From contig CAVZMH010000003.1 of assembly GCA_963776345.1 (NCBI GenBank), positions 128,001 through 192,000 on the forward strand: a stretch of 64,000 nucleotides of DNA, given 5' to 3'. Positions within the stretch are counted from its first letter, which is position 1. Every line of letters begins with the position of its first letter. Under the pieces are notes generated by a model that searched no databases, was not told where the DNA came from, and saw nothing but the letters and a program-made list of their open reading frames with translations. Both the position numbers and the translations under genes were made by a program. Positions 19,303 through 29,934 of this stretch are shown here, one piece after another. This DNA is from an uncultured delta proteobacterium (GTDB lineage Bacteria; Myxococcota; Myxococcia; Myxococcales; Myxococcaceae).

Positions 19303-19849
19303 TCGGCTGCTGGTGCTCGGCCTCGGCAACCCGCTCTGTCAGGACGACGGGGTGGGAGTGATGGCGGTGACGCGTCTGCTGGAAAGCTGGAGCCCAGGGC
19401 CCGGCGTGAGGGTGATGGAGGGAGGCACGCTCGGGCTCTGGTTGCTCCCGCTGCTCGAGTCCTACCGGACGGTGCTCCTGGTGGACGCCATCCGCGCCGA
19501 GGGCGAGCCGGGGACGCTGGTGCGCATCGAGGGCGAGGAGGTGGCCCGCGCCGCTGCCCATCGGCTCTCCGTGCACCAGGTGGGCGTGGGCGACCTGATG
19601 GACGCCGCGCAGCTCCGCGGGACCCTGCCGCCGAAGCTGACGCTCCTCGGGGTGGTGCCGGAGGCGGTCTCGCTGGGGCTCGGGCTCACGCCGCGCGTGG
19701 AGCGGGCGCTTCCGCTCCTGATGGACCGGGTGCTCGAGGCCTGCGCCGAGCTCGGACATCCGCTCCGGCCGAGGTCGGACGATGAAATCCTGGTGGGCGC
19801 TGACGATGGCCTGCGCCGGGTCCTGGGCATGCCCGTCGAGGTGCGCTGA
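19295..19849 (+). CDS. hyaD: Hydrogenase maturation endopeptidase
   Basis: LVLGLGNPLCQDDGVG, EGGTLG, LLVDA, SVHQ. Confidence 0.92.
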   Translation: MPDRLLVLGLGNPLCQDDGVGVMAVTRLLESWSPGPGVRVMEGGTLGLWLLPLLESYRTVLLVDAIRAEGEPGTLVRIEGEEVARAAAHRLSVHQVGVGDLMDAAQLRGTLPPKLTLLGVVPEAVSLGLGLTPRVERALPLLMDRVLEACAELGHPLRPRSDDEILVGADDGLRRVLGMPVEVR

Positions 19850-20195
19850 GGACGGCAGGACCGAGGACGTCCCGTACCAGCGGCTCCGGACGGCCGCGGT
19901 GCGGGCGAGGGGAGAGCAGCTCTACCGGGAGAACTGTGTCCTCTGCCACGGGGAGAAGGCCGACGGGCGGGGGGCGCGCAGCATGGGCCTCGACCGCACG
20001 CCCGCCAACTTCACCGACCCGGTGTGGAGCCAGCCCGAGAGCGCCTCGAGGGCATTCCAGGCGATCACCAGCGGAGTGCCCGGCTCGCCGATGCCCGCCT
20101 GGGGCACCGCGCTGAGCCCCGAGGACCGGTGGGCGCTGGTGGCCTACCTCATCTCGGTGAGCGAACGCACCGCTGGGGCGCCGCCCGGACGCTGA
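19782..20195 (+). CDS. Mono-heme c-type cytochrome
   Basis: GEQLYRENCVLCHG (CxxCH), distal Met in GSPMPAW. The N-terminus overlaps the hyaD 3' end, so the start is uncertain. Confidence 0.8.
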   Translation: MKSWWALTMACAGSWACPSRCAEDGRTEDVPYQRLRTAAVRARGEQLYRENCVLCHGEKADGRGARSMGLDRTPANFTDPVWSQPESASRAFQAITSGVPGSPMPAWGTALSPEDRWALVAYLISVSERTAGAPPGR

Positions 20196-20282
20196 TCTCC
20201 CAGTGCGCGGCGCGTCCAGGCTCAGCCCCCCGCACCAGGGGGACGCCTGTGGAGCGGCGCGGGGGCGCCGCGTCGATGAGGC

Positions 20283-21197
20283 TCAGCCCCGGAGCTGCGC
20301 CAGCACGTCGGGGAGCCGGAGCTGCCCCGCGAGCGACTGGATCTGCCCCTGCACTTGAGGCAGCAGCGCCTGTGCCTCGCCCTGGAACCGGGTGAAGAGC
20401 GCACGCAGGTCCTCGGTGGAGAGCTTGCGCCCCTGGGCGTAGTACTGCCTGGCCGCGTGGCCGAGCGCGTAGGTCGAGGCGAAGGTCACCGCCGCGCCGG
20501 CGGCGAGCCCGGTCGCGCCGCCGAGCATCCCTCCAAGCAGCCCCGAGGCCACCCCCCCCAGCACCTTGCGCACCATCCCCTCGACCAGCTGCGCCGCCGC
20601 GCCGAGCCCGAAGGTGCCGGCCAGGTCCTTCACCTGGTTCGCGTCCAGCTGCTGGCCGTACCGCTGGCCCACCTCGTAGACCAGCCGCAGCTGCAGCGGG
20701 AGGATGGCCACGTTCGCCAGCCGCTCGGGGAGGAGCTCCAGCGCCGCGGTGACCATCGCCTGCTGGAGGATGCGCTGGTCGAGCACCGCGTCGGTGGTGC
20801 CGCTGGCCGGCGGGAGCGCGCCGGCGACCGGGGCCGCGGCGAGGAGCCGGAGCTGGTTCTCGAACTCGTGCGTCGCCGCCGGCGCGAGCCCGAGCGCCCC
20901 GTGCAGCGCGCTGAGGAAGGTCTGCTCGGCCCCGCTGGGCGCTCCGTCCACGCTGCACACCGCCAGGGCGACCTCGTAGGCCGTGCGCCGGGCCTCGGCG
21001 TCCGAGAGCGACGCCGCCAGCACCCCGATGCCCTGGCGCGCCGCCTGCGGTTGCTCGAGCGCCGTCGTCGCGGAGGGGACACCGAGCCGGGTGGCCACCG
21101 AAGCCAGCTCCCGTTGCTCGTCCGGGGAGATCTCTCCGTCCGCCATCGCTGCCATGAGCGCGAGCTGGGCGATGCGAGAAGCGTCGTCGGCATTCAT
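20283..21197 (-). CDS. TerB-like N-terminal domain plus DUF697/YcjF-like C-terminal domain protein
   Basis: AAMADGEISPDEQ and VCSVDGAPSGAEQ (TerB-like acidic motifs); Gly-rich C-terminal helices, FASTYALG. Confidence 0.65.
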   Translation of the reverse strand: MNADDASRIAQLALMAAMADGEISPDEQRELASVATRLGVPSATTALEQPQAARQGIGVLAASLSDAEARRTAYEVALAVCSVDGAPSGAEQTFLSALHGALGLAPAATHEFENQLRLLAAAPVAGALPPASGTTDAVLDQRILQQAMVTAALELLPERLANVAILPLQLRLVYEVGQRYGQQLDANQVKDLAGTFGLGAAAQLVEGMVRKVLGGVASGLLGGMLGGATGLAAGAAVTFASTYALGHAARQYYAQGRKLSTEDLRALFTRFQGEAQALLPQVQGQIQSLAGQLRLPDVLAQLRG

Positions 21198-21224
21198 GAA
21201 ATGTCTTGTACCGGAACCCGGGCG

Positions 21225-21327
21225 CGCAGGGGATGGGGCGAGCGGCCATCCTCTCCGGAGGTCGACGCAGCCGGTGCGCGCTCCCCCCGGCGGGCGCCGG
21301 GGGGCGGAAGTCGGCCCCCGTCTTGCA
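21225..21327 (+). promoter_or_regulatory. Sigma54 promoter with CGCA-N5-TG(C/G)G boxes upstream of gerW-pcm-DUF302
   Basis: Boxes at 21225-21237 (imperfect) and 21266-21278. -24/-12 CGGCCCCCGTCTTGCA at 21312-21327. Confidence 0.65.
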
Positions 21328-21360
21328 CCCTTCGGAGCGTAACGGGCGTGGAGGTGTCCA

Positions 21361-21753
21361 ATGGGCGCGATGGAGACGGTTCACCCGGTGAATGGCCCGG
21401 CGGGCTGGCTGGAGCGGCTGGCCTGGGCGGTGGGGGGGTCGGTCCAGGCGCAGGCGGTGTACGGGCAGCCGGTCGAGCGGGAGGGCATCACGATCGTCCC
21501 CGTGGCCCGCGTGGCCTACGGATTCGGCGGCGGGGGAGGACGGAACGCGCCGGCCGGCGCCGAGCACGATGAGGGCGGCGGCGGAGGTGCGCAGGTCCGG
21601 CCGGTCGGCTTCATCAGCCTGCGGGACGGCTCGGCCGAGTTCCGGAGCATTCCGGATCCGGCCGCCGAGGCACGCCGGATCTTCGCCCTGCTCGCCGGCA
21701 CGGGGCTCGGGGCCTGGTTGGTCTTCCGGGGAATCCGCAGCCTCTTCCGGTGA
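21361..21753 (+). CDS. GerW/YtfJ-family protein
   Basis: VYGQPVEREGITIVPVARVAYGFGGGGG...GGGGGAQVRPVGFI, C-terminal TM, SD GGAGGT. Confidence 0.8.
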   Translation: MGAMETVHPVNGPAGWLERLAWAVGGSVQAQAVYGQPVEREGITIVPVARVAYGFGGGGGRNAPAGAEHDEGGGGGAQVRPVGFISLRDGSAEFRSIPDPAAEARRIFALLAGTGLGAWLVFRGIRSLFR

Positions 21754-23717
21754 CCGCCGTGGACGGCCTGGACTCCGCCCGGGAGCGCCTGGTCAACACG
21801 CTCGCCGCGCGCGGCATCGTCGATCCGGAGGTCCTCCGGGCCTTCGGGGAGGTGCCACGGCATCGATTCCTCCCGGCGGCGATGGCCGAGTTCGCCTACC
21901 AGGACGTCCCGCTCCCCATCGCCGAGGGGCAGACCATCTCCCAGCCGTACGTGGTGGCCTGGATGACCGAGGCCGCCGGGGTGAAGCCGGGGAAGCGGGT
22001 GCTCGAGATCGGCACCGGCTCGGGGTACGCCGCCGCGGTGGCCTCGCGCATCGCCGCGGAGGTCTTCTCCGTCGAGCGCCACGGGGCCCTCGCCGAGGGC
22101 GCCCGCGCGCTGATCGCCGATCTGGGCTACCGGAACGTCCAGGTGCTGCACGCGGACGGAACCCGGGGCTGGCCGGAGCACGCGCCCTACGACGCCATCC
22201 TCGTCGCGGCCGGTGGGCCCTCGGTCCCGTCGGCCCTCCTGGACCAGCTCGCCCCGGGCGGCGCCCTGGTGATGCCGGTGGGCAGCGCCGACGCGCAGAC
22301 GCTGGTGCGGGTCCGACGGGGCCAGGACGGCGTGCTGGAGCGCGAGGATCTGGGCGACGTCCGCTTCGTTCCCCTGGTGGGCGAGCACGGCTGGGCGCCC
22401 GTGTCCCGGGCCTCGGAGCGGGGCGTGGTGACGCTGCTGGGCGAGTGCGCCGAGCCGCTCGAGGACGTGGAGTCGGTGGAGCTGGAGGGGCTGCTGGAGC
22501 GCATCGGCTCGGCGCGGGTGGTCCTCCTGGGCGAGGCCACCCACGGCACGCACGAGTTCTACCGGATGCGCGCCCGCATCAGCCGCGCCCTCGTCGAGCG
22601 GCATGGATTCCGGGCGATCGCCGTCGAGGCAGACTGGCCCGACGCCGCGCGGGTGGACCGCTACGCCCGCCACCTCCCTCCGGCCTCGGTGCCCTGGAAG
22701 GCGTTCTCGCGTTTCCCCACCTGGATGTGGCGGAACGAGGAGGTGCGGCGGTTCGCCGAGTGGCTCCGGGCGCACAACGGACGGGTGGAGCCGGAGCGCC
22801 GGGCAGGCTTCTACGGGCTCGACCTGTACAGCCTCTTCACCTCGGCGGACGCGGTGCTGCGCTACCTCGACCAGGTGGACCCCGAGGCGGCGCGGGTGGC
22901 CAGGGCCCGCTACGGATTGCTCACCCCGTGGCAGACCGACCCGGTCGCCTACGGACGGGCGGTGGTGACCGGGCGCTTCGAGAGCTGCGAGGCCGAGGTG
23001 GTGCAGGTGCTGGTCGATCTCCTGACCCGGAGGCTGGAGTACGAGGCGCGCGACGGCGAGCGCTTCTTCGATGCGGCGGAGAACGCCCGCGTGGTGGCGG
23101 ACGCCGAGGGCTACTACCGCGCGATGTACCGCGGCAACGTGGCCTCCTGGAACCTCCGGGATCGGCACATGGCCGACACGCTCTCGGCGCTGCTCGCCCA
23201 CCTCGGCCCCGACGCGCGGGTGGTGGTCTGGGCCCACAACTCGCACGTGGGCGACGCCACGGCCACCGACATGGGCGCGCAGGGGGAGCACACGCTCGGG
23301 CAGCTCTGCCGGGAGCGCCTGGGCCCGGAGATTCGCCTGGTCGGGTTCGGGACCGACCACGGGACGGTGGTCGCGGCCTCCAACTGGGGCGAGCCGCACG
23401 AGGTGAAGCGGGTGCGTCCGGCCAATCCGCGGAGCTACGAGGCGCTCTGCCACCAGGCGCAGATGCCCGGCTTCTTTCTGTCGCTCCGCCACCCGCGGCG
23501 CGAGGTGCTCCGGGACGAGCTGATGGCGCCCCGGCTCGAGCGGGCCATCGGCGTCATCTACCGGCCCGAGACCGAGCTGCAGAGCCACTACTTCCGCGCC
23601 AGCCTCCCCCGCCAGTTCGACGAGTGGATCTGGTTCGACCGGACGACGGCCCTGCAGCCGCTGGGCGGTGGTCCGCTGGAGCCGGGCCTGCCGGAGACGT
23701 ACCCTTTCGGCCTCTGA
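21750..23717 (+). CDS. pcm: Protein-L-isoaspartate O-methyltransferase fused to an erythromycin-esterase-family domain
   Basis: GQTISQPY, VLEIGTGSGY, APYDAI, VRFVPL; then LLGEATHGTHEFY, VEADWPDA, WNLRD, WAHNSH, TYPFGL. Confidence 0.9.
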   Translation: MTAVDGLDSARERLVNTLAARGIVDPEVLRAFGEVPRHRFLPAAMAEFAYQDVPLPIAEGQTISQPYVVAWMTEAAGVKPGKRVLEIGTGSGYAAAVASRIAAEVFSVERHGALAEGARALIADLGYRNVQVLHADGTRGWPEHAPYDAILVAAGGPSVPSALLDQLAPGGALVMPVGSADAQTLVRVRRGQDGVLEREDLGDVRFVPLVGEHGWAPVSRASERGVVTLLGECAEPLEDVESVELEGLLERIGSARVVLLGEATHGTHEFYRMRARISRALVERHGFRAIAVEADWPDAARVDRYARHLPPASVPWKAFSRFPTWMWRNEEVRRFAEWLRAHNGRVEPERRAGFYGLDLYSLFTSADAVLRYLDQVDPEAARVARARYGLLTPWQTDPVAYGRAVVTGRFESCEAEVVQVLVDLLTRRLEYEARDGERFFDAAENARVVADAEGYYRAMYRGNVASWNLRDRHMADTLSALLAHLGPDARVVVWAHNSHVGDATATDMGAQGEHTLGQLCRERLGPEIRLVGFGTDHGTVVAASNWGEPHEVKRVRPANPRSYEALCHQAQMPGFFLSLRHPRREVLRDELMAPRLERAIGVIYRPETELQSHYFRASLPRQFDEWIWFDRTTALQPLGGGPLEPGLPETYPFGL

Positions 23718-23772
23718 GCGGCTCTACCGCGAGACGAGCCCCGGCGCAGGCCCGCCGGGAAGGAGTAGACAG

Positions 23773-24180
23773 ATGGGCACCGAGGTCAGCTACGGATACA
23801 CCCGCACCCTCCCGGGGGTCGGATACGACGAGGCGGTGACGCGGGTCACCGAGGCCCTGAAGAAGGAGGGCTTCGGGGTCCTCACCAGCATCGACGTGAA
23901 GGAGACGCTGAAGCAGAAGCTGGGCGTGGACTTCCAGCGCTACGTCATCCTCGGCGCCTGCAACCCCCAGCTCGCGCATCGCGCGCTCACCATCGAGCCC
24001 GGGGTGGGGCTGCTCCTGCCCTGCAACGTGGTCGTCTCCGAGAGCCCCGAGGGCGCCGTGGTGCAGATGGTGAAGCCGGAGGCCATGCTCGGGGTGGTGG
24101 CTCGCAAGGACATCCTGCCCATCGCCCAGGAGGCCGACGCGCGCCTCCGCCGCGCCATGGAGCATCTGACCTCCCGCTGA
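23773..24180 (+). CDS. DUF302 domain protein
   Basis: ALKKEGFGVLTSID, YVILGACNP, GLLLPCNVVV; SD AGGAG. Confidence 0.85.
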   Translation: MGTEVSYGYTRTLPGVGYDEAVTRVTEALKKEGFGVLTSIDVKETLKQKLGVDFQRYVILGACNPQLAHRALTIEPGVGLLLPCNVVVSESPEGAVVQMVKPEAMLGVVARKDILPIAQEADARLRRAMEHLTSR

Positions 24181-24187
24181 GCGTCGC

Positions 24188-25312
24188 TCAGAGGAGGCGG
24201 CGCCCCAGATTCGGTCGCCCCTCGGCGATGCGTTCTGGCCGCAGCGAATGGACGTCGAGGGCCGGCGTGCGCCCGGCGAGCATCTCGGCCGCGAGCTGAC
24301 CGAGCGCGGGCGCGTGCATCACCCCGTGCCCGGACGAGCCATTCACCAGGAACAGGCGCTCGAGGCCCGGGGCAGGGCCGAGCAGCGCATGCTCGTCGGG
24401 GGACATCTCGTAGAGACCCGCATACGTGGACTCGATCGGAACGCCGGCCAGCGATGGGACCCGCTCCGCCGCCGCCGCGACGACCCGCCGGGTCCACTCC
24501 GGGTCGACCGAGACGTCGAACGGGTCCGCGGGTCCGTCATCGGGCCAGAGGAGGAGCACCCGCCCGTCCCGGACCCGGAGGTGGAAACCGTCCGGGAAGA
24601 TGATCATCGGCATCGACGCGGGGAGCATGTCGGTGGGGGCCGTCACCGCGACCTGGCGACGGAGCGGGTGGACCGGGACCTCGACGCCGGCCATCGCCCC
24701 GAGCCGCGCGGCCCAGGCCCCCGCGGCGTTGACCACCACCCCGGCCTCGTGCACCCCGGCCGACGTCTCGACGCGCAGCCCGTGCTTCGTCCGCCGGAGC
24801 GCGGTCACCTCGGCGCCGAGGCGCTCCACCCCGGCGCGCAGGGCAGACTCCATGTACCCCCGCCGGATCTCCAGCGGACGGATGAAGCCGTCCTTCGGCG
24901 AGAACGCCCCGGCCACCACGCCGTGCGGACGGACCCACGGAGCGAGGCGGTGGAGGTCGTCGGGGCCCACCAGCGCCGCGTCGTCGCAGCCGGCCGAGCG
25001 CTGCACCTCGATCGCCAGGGACAGCTGCCGCCGCTGCGCCTCGCTCCCGGCGAGGAAGAGGTACCCGGCCTGCCGGTAGCCCGGGTCGACGCCCGTCTCT
25101 TCCTGGAACGCGAGCAGCTTCCGCCGCGAGAGGAGCGAGAGCCGGACGTTCACCTCGGTGCCGAACTGCGCGCGGAAGCCCCCGGTGGCGCGCTCGGTGC
25201 TCCCGCCGCCGCGGTCGACCACCAGGATGCGCCCGGCCCCGCCCCGGGCCAGGTGGTGGGCCACGCTCCAGCCCACCACGCCGCCGCCGGCGACGAGGAC
25301 GTCCCAGCTCAC
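24188..25312 (-). CDS. FAD-dependent oxidoreductase (DAO / sarcosine oxidase beta family)
   Basis: DVLVAGGGVVG, VVNAAGAWA, AGLYEMSPD, GSSGHGVMHAP. GTG start overlaps the upstream stop. Confidence 0.88.
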   Translation of the reverse strand: MSWDVLVAGGGVVGWSVAHHLARGGAGRILVVDRGGGSTERATGGFRAQFGTEVNVRLSLLSRRKLLAFQEETGVDPGYRQAGYLFLAGSEAQRRQLSLAIEVQRSAGCDDAALVGPDDLHRLAPWVRPHGVVAGAFSPKDGFIRPLEIRRGYMESALRAGVERLGAEVTALRRTKHGLRVETSAGVHEAGVVVNAAGAWAARLGAMAGVEVPVHPLRRQVAVTAPTDMLPASMPMIIFPDGFHLRVRDGRVLLLWPDDGPADPFDVSVDPEWTRRVVAAAAERVPSLAGVPIESTYAGLYEMSPDEHALLGPAPGLERLFLVNGSSGHGVMHAPALGQLAAEMLAGRTPALDVHSLRPERIAEGRPNLGRRLL

Positions 25313-25725
25313 CGCGCGTAGACCGCGTCGGGGTTCCGGAACGTCTTCAGCTCCAGCGCATTCCCGCTCGGGTCCAGGAGGAACATGGTGGCCTGCTCCT
25401 CCGGCTTGCCCCGGTACCGCACCGATGGCGGGACGACGAACCGCACCCCGGCGGATTCGAGCCGGCGGGCGAGCGCGTCGAAGTCGTCCCACGGGAGCAG
25501 CGCGCCGGCATGGGGGATGGGGACCTCGACGCCGTCCACGTGCCCGAACGCGCCCGGGGGCGATGGCTTACCGAGGTGGGCGGAGATCTGGTTGCCGAAG
25601 AAGTCGAAGTCCACCCAGGTCTCCGTCGAGCGGCCCTCGGTGCAGCCGAGCAGCCCCCCGTAGAAGGCGCGGGTGGAGGCGAGGTCCTTCACCGGAAAGG
25701 CAAAGTGAAAGGGCAGGTGGCTCAC
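25309..25725 (-). CDS. VOC/glyoxalase (extradiol dioxygenase-like) family protein
   Basis: PFHFAFPVKDL, WVDFDFFGNQISAH, VDGVEVPIPH, TMFLLDPSGNALELK. Confidence 0.85.
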   Translation of the reverse strand: MSHLPFHFAFPVKDLASTRAFYGGLLGCTEGRSTETWVDFDFFGNQISAHLGKPSPPGAFGHVDGVEVPIPHAGALLPWDDFDALARRLESAGVRFVVPPSVRYRGKPEEQATMFLLDPSGNALELKTFRNPDAVYAR

Positions 25726-25846
25726 CGGACCTCGAGCAAAGCGCTGCCCCCCGCCGCGCGCAATCCCGGCCCCCGGGGCACGCGGTCGCCCGGGGCCGGC
25801 GGCGCTCGAAAGGAGGAGCAGGTCCAGCCCGGGGGAGAGCGCCCCG

Positions 25847-26482
25847 TCAGCTCCCGTCGGCGGGCTCACGGCGGGCGAGGAGCCCCAGCCGGACGTGCTC
25901 CTCGCGCTCCCGCTCGTCGAGCGCCGAGCGGACGCGCGCCGCCTGACGCCGCAGGCCGGGCGCGACCCGGCGCTCCAGACGGTTCACCTGGCGGGTCGTC
26001 TGGGCGAGCGCCTCCCCGAGCCGCCGGAGCAGCATCTCGCGAGGCGCGGCGCGGACCAAGAGGTCGGTGAGCCGCTCGAATGCCTCGGCCGCCTCCACCG
26101 CCGCCGGCACCGGCCCCGGGGGGAGCCCGCGCGCGGCGAGGGTGCGGACGATGGGCCCGGCGGCCTCGAGGTCCGCCACCGGCACCCCCCAGACCACCCG
26201 CGCCGTCACCCGCACCGCCAGCTCACGCGAGGGCCAGGCCAGGCCGGTCAGCGCCCCGGCGCCCTCGGCGGCCAGCGCATCGAGGTACACCGGCCACGCC
26301 GCGCGGGCCTGGGCGTCGATCTGCTCGCGGGTGTCCAGCGCCGAGCGCGCCAGCGAGAACAGCTCGGCCACCAGCGCCTCGCGCTTCCTGCGGAGGAGCG
26401 ACGTGCCTCGATCCAGGCGCTCGAGCCGCCGCTGCGCCCGGAGGAGCCCGAGCCGCGTCGCCGGCAGCCGGACCTCGCTCAC
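25847..26482 (-). CDS. ntpD: A/V-type ATP synthase subunit D
   Basis: PATRLGLL...GTSLLRRKREAL, VWGVPV, TTRQVNRLE; last gene of the operon. Confidence 0.9.
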   Translation of the reverse strand: MSEVRLPATRLGLLRAQRRLERLDRGTSLLRRKREALVAELFSLARSALDTREQIDAQARAAWPVYLDALAAEGAGALTGLAWPSRELAVRVTARVVWGVPVADLEAAGPIVRTLAARGLPPGPVPAAVEAAEAFERLTDLLVRAAPREMLLRRLGEALAQTTRQVNRLERRVAPGLRRQAARVRSALDEREREEHVRLGLLARREPADGS

Positions 26483-27861
26483 CGCCGCGCTCCTCCGCCG
26501 AAGCGGCGCTCCCACGTGGCCTCGCGGATGCGCACCAGGTCCTCGCGGGGGAACCCCTCCATCAGCGACCAGCCCACCTCCAGCGTCTCGGACAAGGTGC
26601 GACGGGCGCGGCCCTGGCCGACCAGCGTGTGCTCGAACCGGTCCACGAAGGCCAGCGCCCGGCGGTCCGCGGGGAGCAGCCCGGTCTCGCCGACGATGGT
26701 GGCCATCAGCCGCGCCTCGGTGCCCCTGGCGTACAGCGCGTAGAGCTGGTCCGCCCACTCGCGGTGCTCCGGCGCGCTCCGGCCCTCGCCGATCCCGGCG
26801 TTCATCAGCCGCGACAGCGAGGGCAGCACGTCGATGGGCGGAAAGACGCCCCGGCGGTGGAGGTCGCGGCCCAGCACCACCTGGCCCTCGGTGATGTAGC
26901 CGGTGAGGTCGGGGATGGGGTGGGTGAGGTCGTCGTCCGGCATGGTGAGCACCGGGAGCTGGGTCACCGAGCCGCTCCGCCCACGGACCAGCCCTGCGCG
27001 CTCGAAGAGCGAGGCCAGGTCGGTGTACATGTAGCCCGGATAGCCGCGCCGGCCCGGAATCTCCTGCCGCGCGGTGGCCAGCTCCCGCAGCGCCTCGCAG
27101 TAGCTGGTGATGTCGGCCATCACCACCAGCACGTGCAGCCCGTGCTCGTAGGCCAGGAACTCGGCCTCGGCCAGCGCCACTCGCGGCGCGAGCAGCCGCT
27201 CGATGGTCGGGTCACGGGCCTCGTTGAGGAACACCACGCTGCGCTCCAGCGCGCCGCTGGACTCGAACCGCTCCAGGAACTCGCCCGCCTCGCGCGAGGT
27301 GATGCCGATCCCGACGAAGACCACCGCGAAGGGCTCGCCCTTGGGCGCGCGGGCCCACTCCACGATGCGCGCCGCCAGCTCCAGCGCCGGCAGCCCCGGG
27401 CCGGAGAAGATGGGCAGCTTCTGCCCGCGGACCAGGGTGTTCATCCCGTCGATGGCCGAGACGCCGGTCTCGATGAGCTCCTTGGGCGGCAGCCGCGCGG
27501 CGGGGTTCAAGGGAGCGCCCCCGAGCGGCCGGAGCGCCTCGCCCACCGGCGGCGGCAGCCCGTCGAGCGGAGCTCCGAGCCCGCTGAACACCCGGCCCAG
27601 GAGCTCGCGGCCCACCACCGCCCGCGCCACGTCCCCCTTGAAGTCGAGCCGGGCGCGCCCGGGCACGAGCCCCAGGCCTTCCTCGAGCAGCTGGAGCACC
27701 GTGTGCCGCTCGCCGGCGTCGATGACCTGAGCCTGCCAGCGGCGGCCCTCGAGCACGATCTCCACCTGCTCGCTGAGCGCGACGCGCCGGACGTGCTCCA
27801 CGAAGATCAGCGGCCCGCGGATGCCGGTGGCGCCGGCCACGGTGCGCGGGAGCGCGCTCAT
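26479..27861 (-). CDS. ntpB: A/V-type ATP synthase subunit B
   Basis: [63 protein letters not shown]. Confidence 0.96.
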   Translation of the reverse strand: MSALPRTVAGATGIRGPLIFVEHVRRVALSEQVEIVLEGRRWQAQVIDAGERHTVLQLLEEGLGLVPGRARLDFKGDVARAVVGRELLGRVFSGLGAPLDGLPPPVGEALRPLGGAPLNPAARLPPKELIETGVSAIDGMNTLVRGQKLPIFSGPGLPALELAARIVEWARAPKGEPFAVVFVGIGITSREAGEFLERFESSGALERSVVFLNEARDPTIERLLAPRVALAEAEFLAYEHGLHVLVVMADITSYCEALRELATARQEIPGRRGYPGYMYTDLASLFERAGLVRGRSGSVTQLPVLTMPDDDLTHPIPDLTGYITEGQVVLGRDLHRRGVFPPIDVLPSLSRLMNAGIGEGRSAPEHREWADQLYALYARGTEARLMATIVGETGLLPADRRALAFVDRFEHTLVGQGRARRTLSETLEVGWSLMEGFPREDLVRIREATWERRFGGGARR

Positions 27862-29608
27862 CGCGAGGTCTCTCCTGGTGGCGAGAGCCGGTCCAGCGCG
27901 GCCGCGGCCTCGGCGGCCCTGGCGGAAAGCTCGTCCGGCCCGCCGTCGCGGAGGGCGACCAGCGCGCGGCGGAGCGGGCCCAGGTCCAGCTCGGAGAGCG
28001 CGGTTCCGGCCTGCAGGCGCGGGAGCACCCGGTCCGCGACGCCGCAGGCCAGCGACGCCAGCTGGAAGGTCTTCTGGGGCGTCGAGCGCGCGTCGTTGGG
28101 ATGGTAAGCGCTCTGGCCGAGCACCACCTCGCGGAGGAGCTGGGCCACCGCGAGCACCAGCCGGTCCGGGTCCTGGAGCGCCTCGGGGCCGATGAGGCCG
28201 GCGATCTCCCGGAGCTCCCGGTCGCGCTGGAGCAGCTCGAGGGTCCGCGCGCGGACCGCCGCCCAGCGGCCGTCCACCGCCTCGGCGAACCACGGCGTGG
28301 TGTGCTCGGCGTGCAGGCTGTAGCTGGTGGCCCAGTCCACGGCCGGGAACTGGCGCTGGTGGGCCAGCTCGGCGTCGAGCGCCCAGAGCGTGCCTGCGAC
28401 CCGCAGCTGGCCTGGCTCACCGGCTCGGAGAGGTCCCCGCCCGGGGGGGACACCGCGCTGATGAGCGTCAGCGCCCCCTCGCGCTCGGGCCGTCCGGCCG
28501 GCTTCACCCGTCCGGCGCGCTCGTAGAACTTCGCCAGGCGGCTCGCGAGGTAGGTGGGGTAGCCCTCCTCGCCGGGCATCTCCTGCAACCGGGCGCCGAT
28601 CTCCCGGAGCGCCTCCGCCCAGCGGGAGAGGCTGTCCGCCATCAGCGCGACGCGCAGCCCGAGGTCCCGGAAGTACTCGGCGATGGTGACACCCAGGTAC
28701 ACCGAGGCCTCGCGGGCGGCGACCGGCATGTTGGAGGTGTTCACCACCATCACCGTGCGGTCCATGATCGACCGGCCGGTGCGCGGGTCGCTCAGCCTCG
28801 GGAACTCGGAGAGCACCTCGGCCATCTCGTTCCCGCGCTCGCCGCACCCGACGTAGACCACCACGTCGGCGTCGCCGTGCTTGGCCAGCGACTGCTCGAT
28901 GACCGTCTTCCCCGTGCCGAAGCCGCCTGGAACGGCCACCGTCCCGCCCTCGGCGACGGGGAAGAGGAGGTCGAGGATGCGCTGGCCGGTCAGGAACGGC
29001 CGCCCGAGCGGCAGCCGCCCGCCGACCGGACGGGGTCGGCGCACGGGCCAGGGGTGCGAGAGGCGGAGCGGCGTGCCGTCCTCGAGCGTTCCGAACGGCT
29101 GGTCCACGGTGAAGTCGCCGCCTCCCAGCGAGCGGACGGTGCCTTCGACTCCGGGCGGCACGAGGATGCGGTGCGCGAAGCCGGGGCGCTCCTCCACGGA
29201 GCCGAGCACGTCGCCGCCCCGGACCCGGGCGCCCGCCTCGACCGCCGGGACGAAGCGCCAGCTCCTCGCCGGGTCGAGCATGCGCAGCTCACGGCCGGGG
29301 GGGACGAAGGGCCCGGTCTCGGCGGCGAGCACGTCCAGGGGGCGCCCGAGCCCATCGAGGATGGACCCGAGCAGCCCGGGACCAAGCTCGGCCTGCAGGG
29401 TGCCCCCGGTCGTGGTCACCGGCTCTCCCACCGCCAGCCCGGTCGTGTCCTCGTAGACCTGGAGGACCGCGACCTCGCCCGCGAGGCCAATCACCTCGGC
29501 GAGGAGCCTGGCCTCGCCCACGTGGGCCAGCTCGTACAGCGCCACCCCGGACGCCGGCGCGGCCTCGACCAGCGAGCCGTTCACCCTCAGGACGCGCAGG
29601 GGACTCAT
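27858..29608 (-). pseudogene. ntpA: A/V-type ATP synthase subunit A, frameshift near 28406
   Basis: [45 protein letters not shown]; continues in another frame as [25 protein letters not shown]. Confidence 0.93.
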
Positions 29609-29934
29609 CGCAGCCGCACCTGGTAGCCGATGGCCCGGCGGAGGAGCTCCACGATGACCTGGTCCGCGGCAGCGTGCTCGACCCAGCTCGGCGCGGGGAC
29701 CGGCACCACCAGCGGGACGGGCCGGGCGGACAGGCGCCGCTGCAGCTCGGGGTCGAGGCCGTCGTACAGAGGCCCCTCGATGAGCACCAGGCCGACCCGG
29801 GCGTCGGACAGGAGCGCCGTCAACCGCCGGCCCGCATCCTGGGCGTCCGCCACCGCCAGCGGACGGAAGCCCGCCAGGGCGAAGGCCGGCGCCACCTCGG
29901 GCCGGCTGATGAGCGCCACCCGGAGCTCGCTCAT
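29605..29934 (-). CDS. ntpF: A/V-type ATP synthase subunit F
   Basis: [24 protein letters not shown]; positioned between C and A. Confidence 0.85.
   Translation of the reverse strand: MSELRVALISRPEVAPAFALAGFRPLAVADAQDAGRRLTALLSDARVGLVLIEGPLYDGLDPELQRRLSARPVPLVVPVPAPSWVEHAAADQVIVELLRRAIGYQVRLR

Noticed and set aside
22440..23717. Erythromycin resistance gene
   Set aside because: The esterase-family domain is fused to Pcm. Family membership alone does not imply resistance.
25735..25750. Sigma54-like site (GGGGCAGCGCTTTGCT, minus strand) upstream of the VOC gene
   Set aside because: Weak -24 context, too close to the start codon, and no paired enhancer box.
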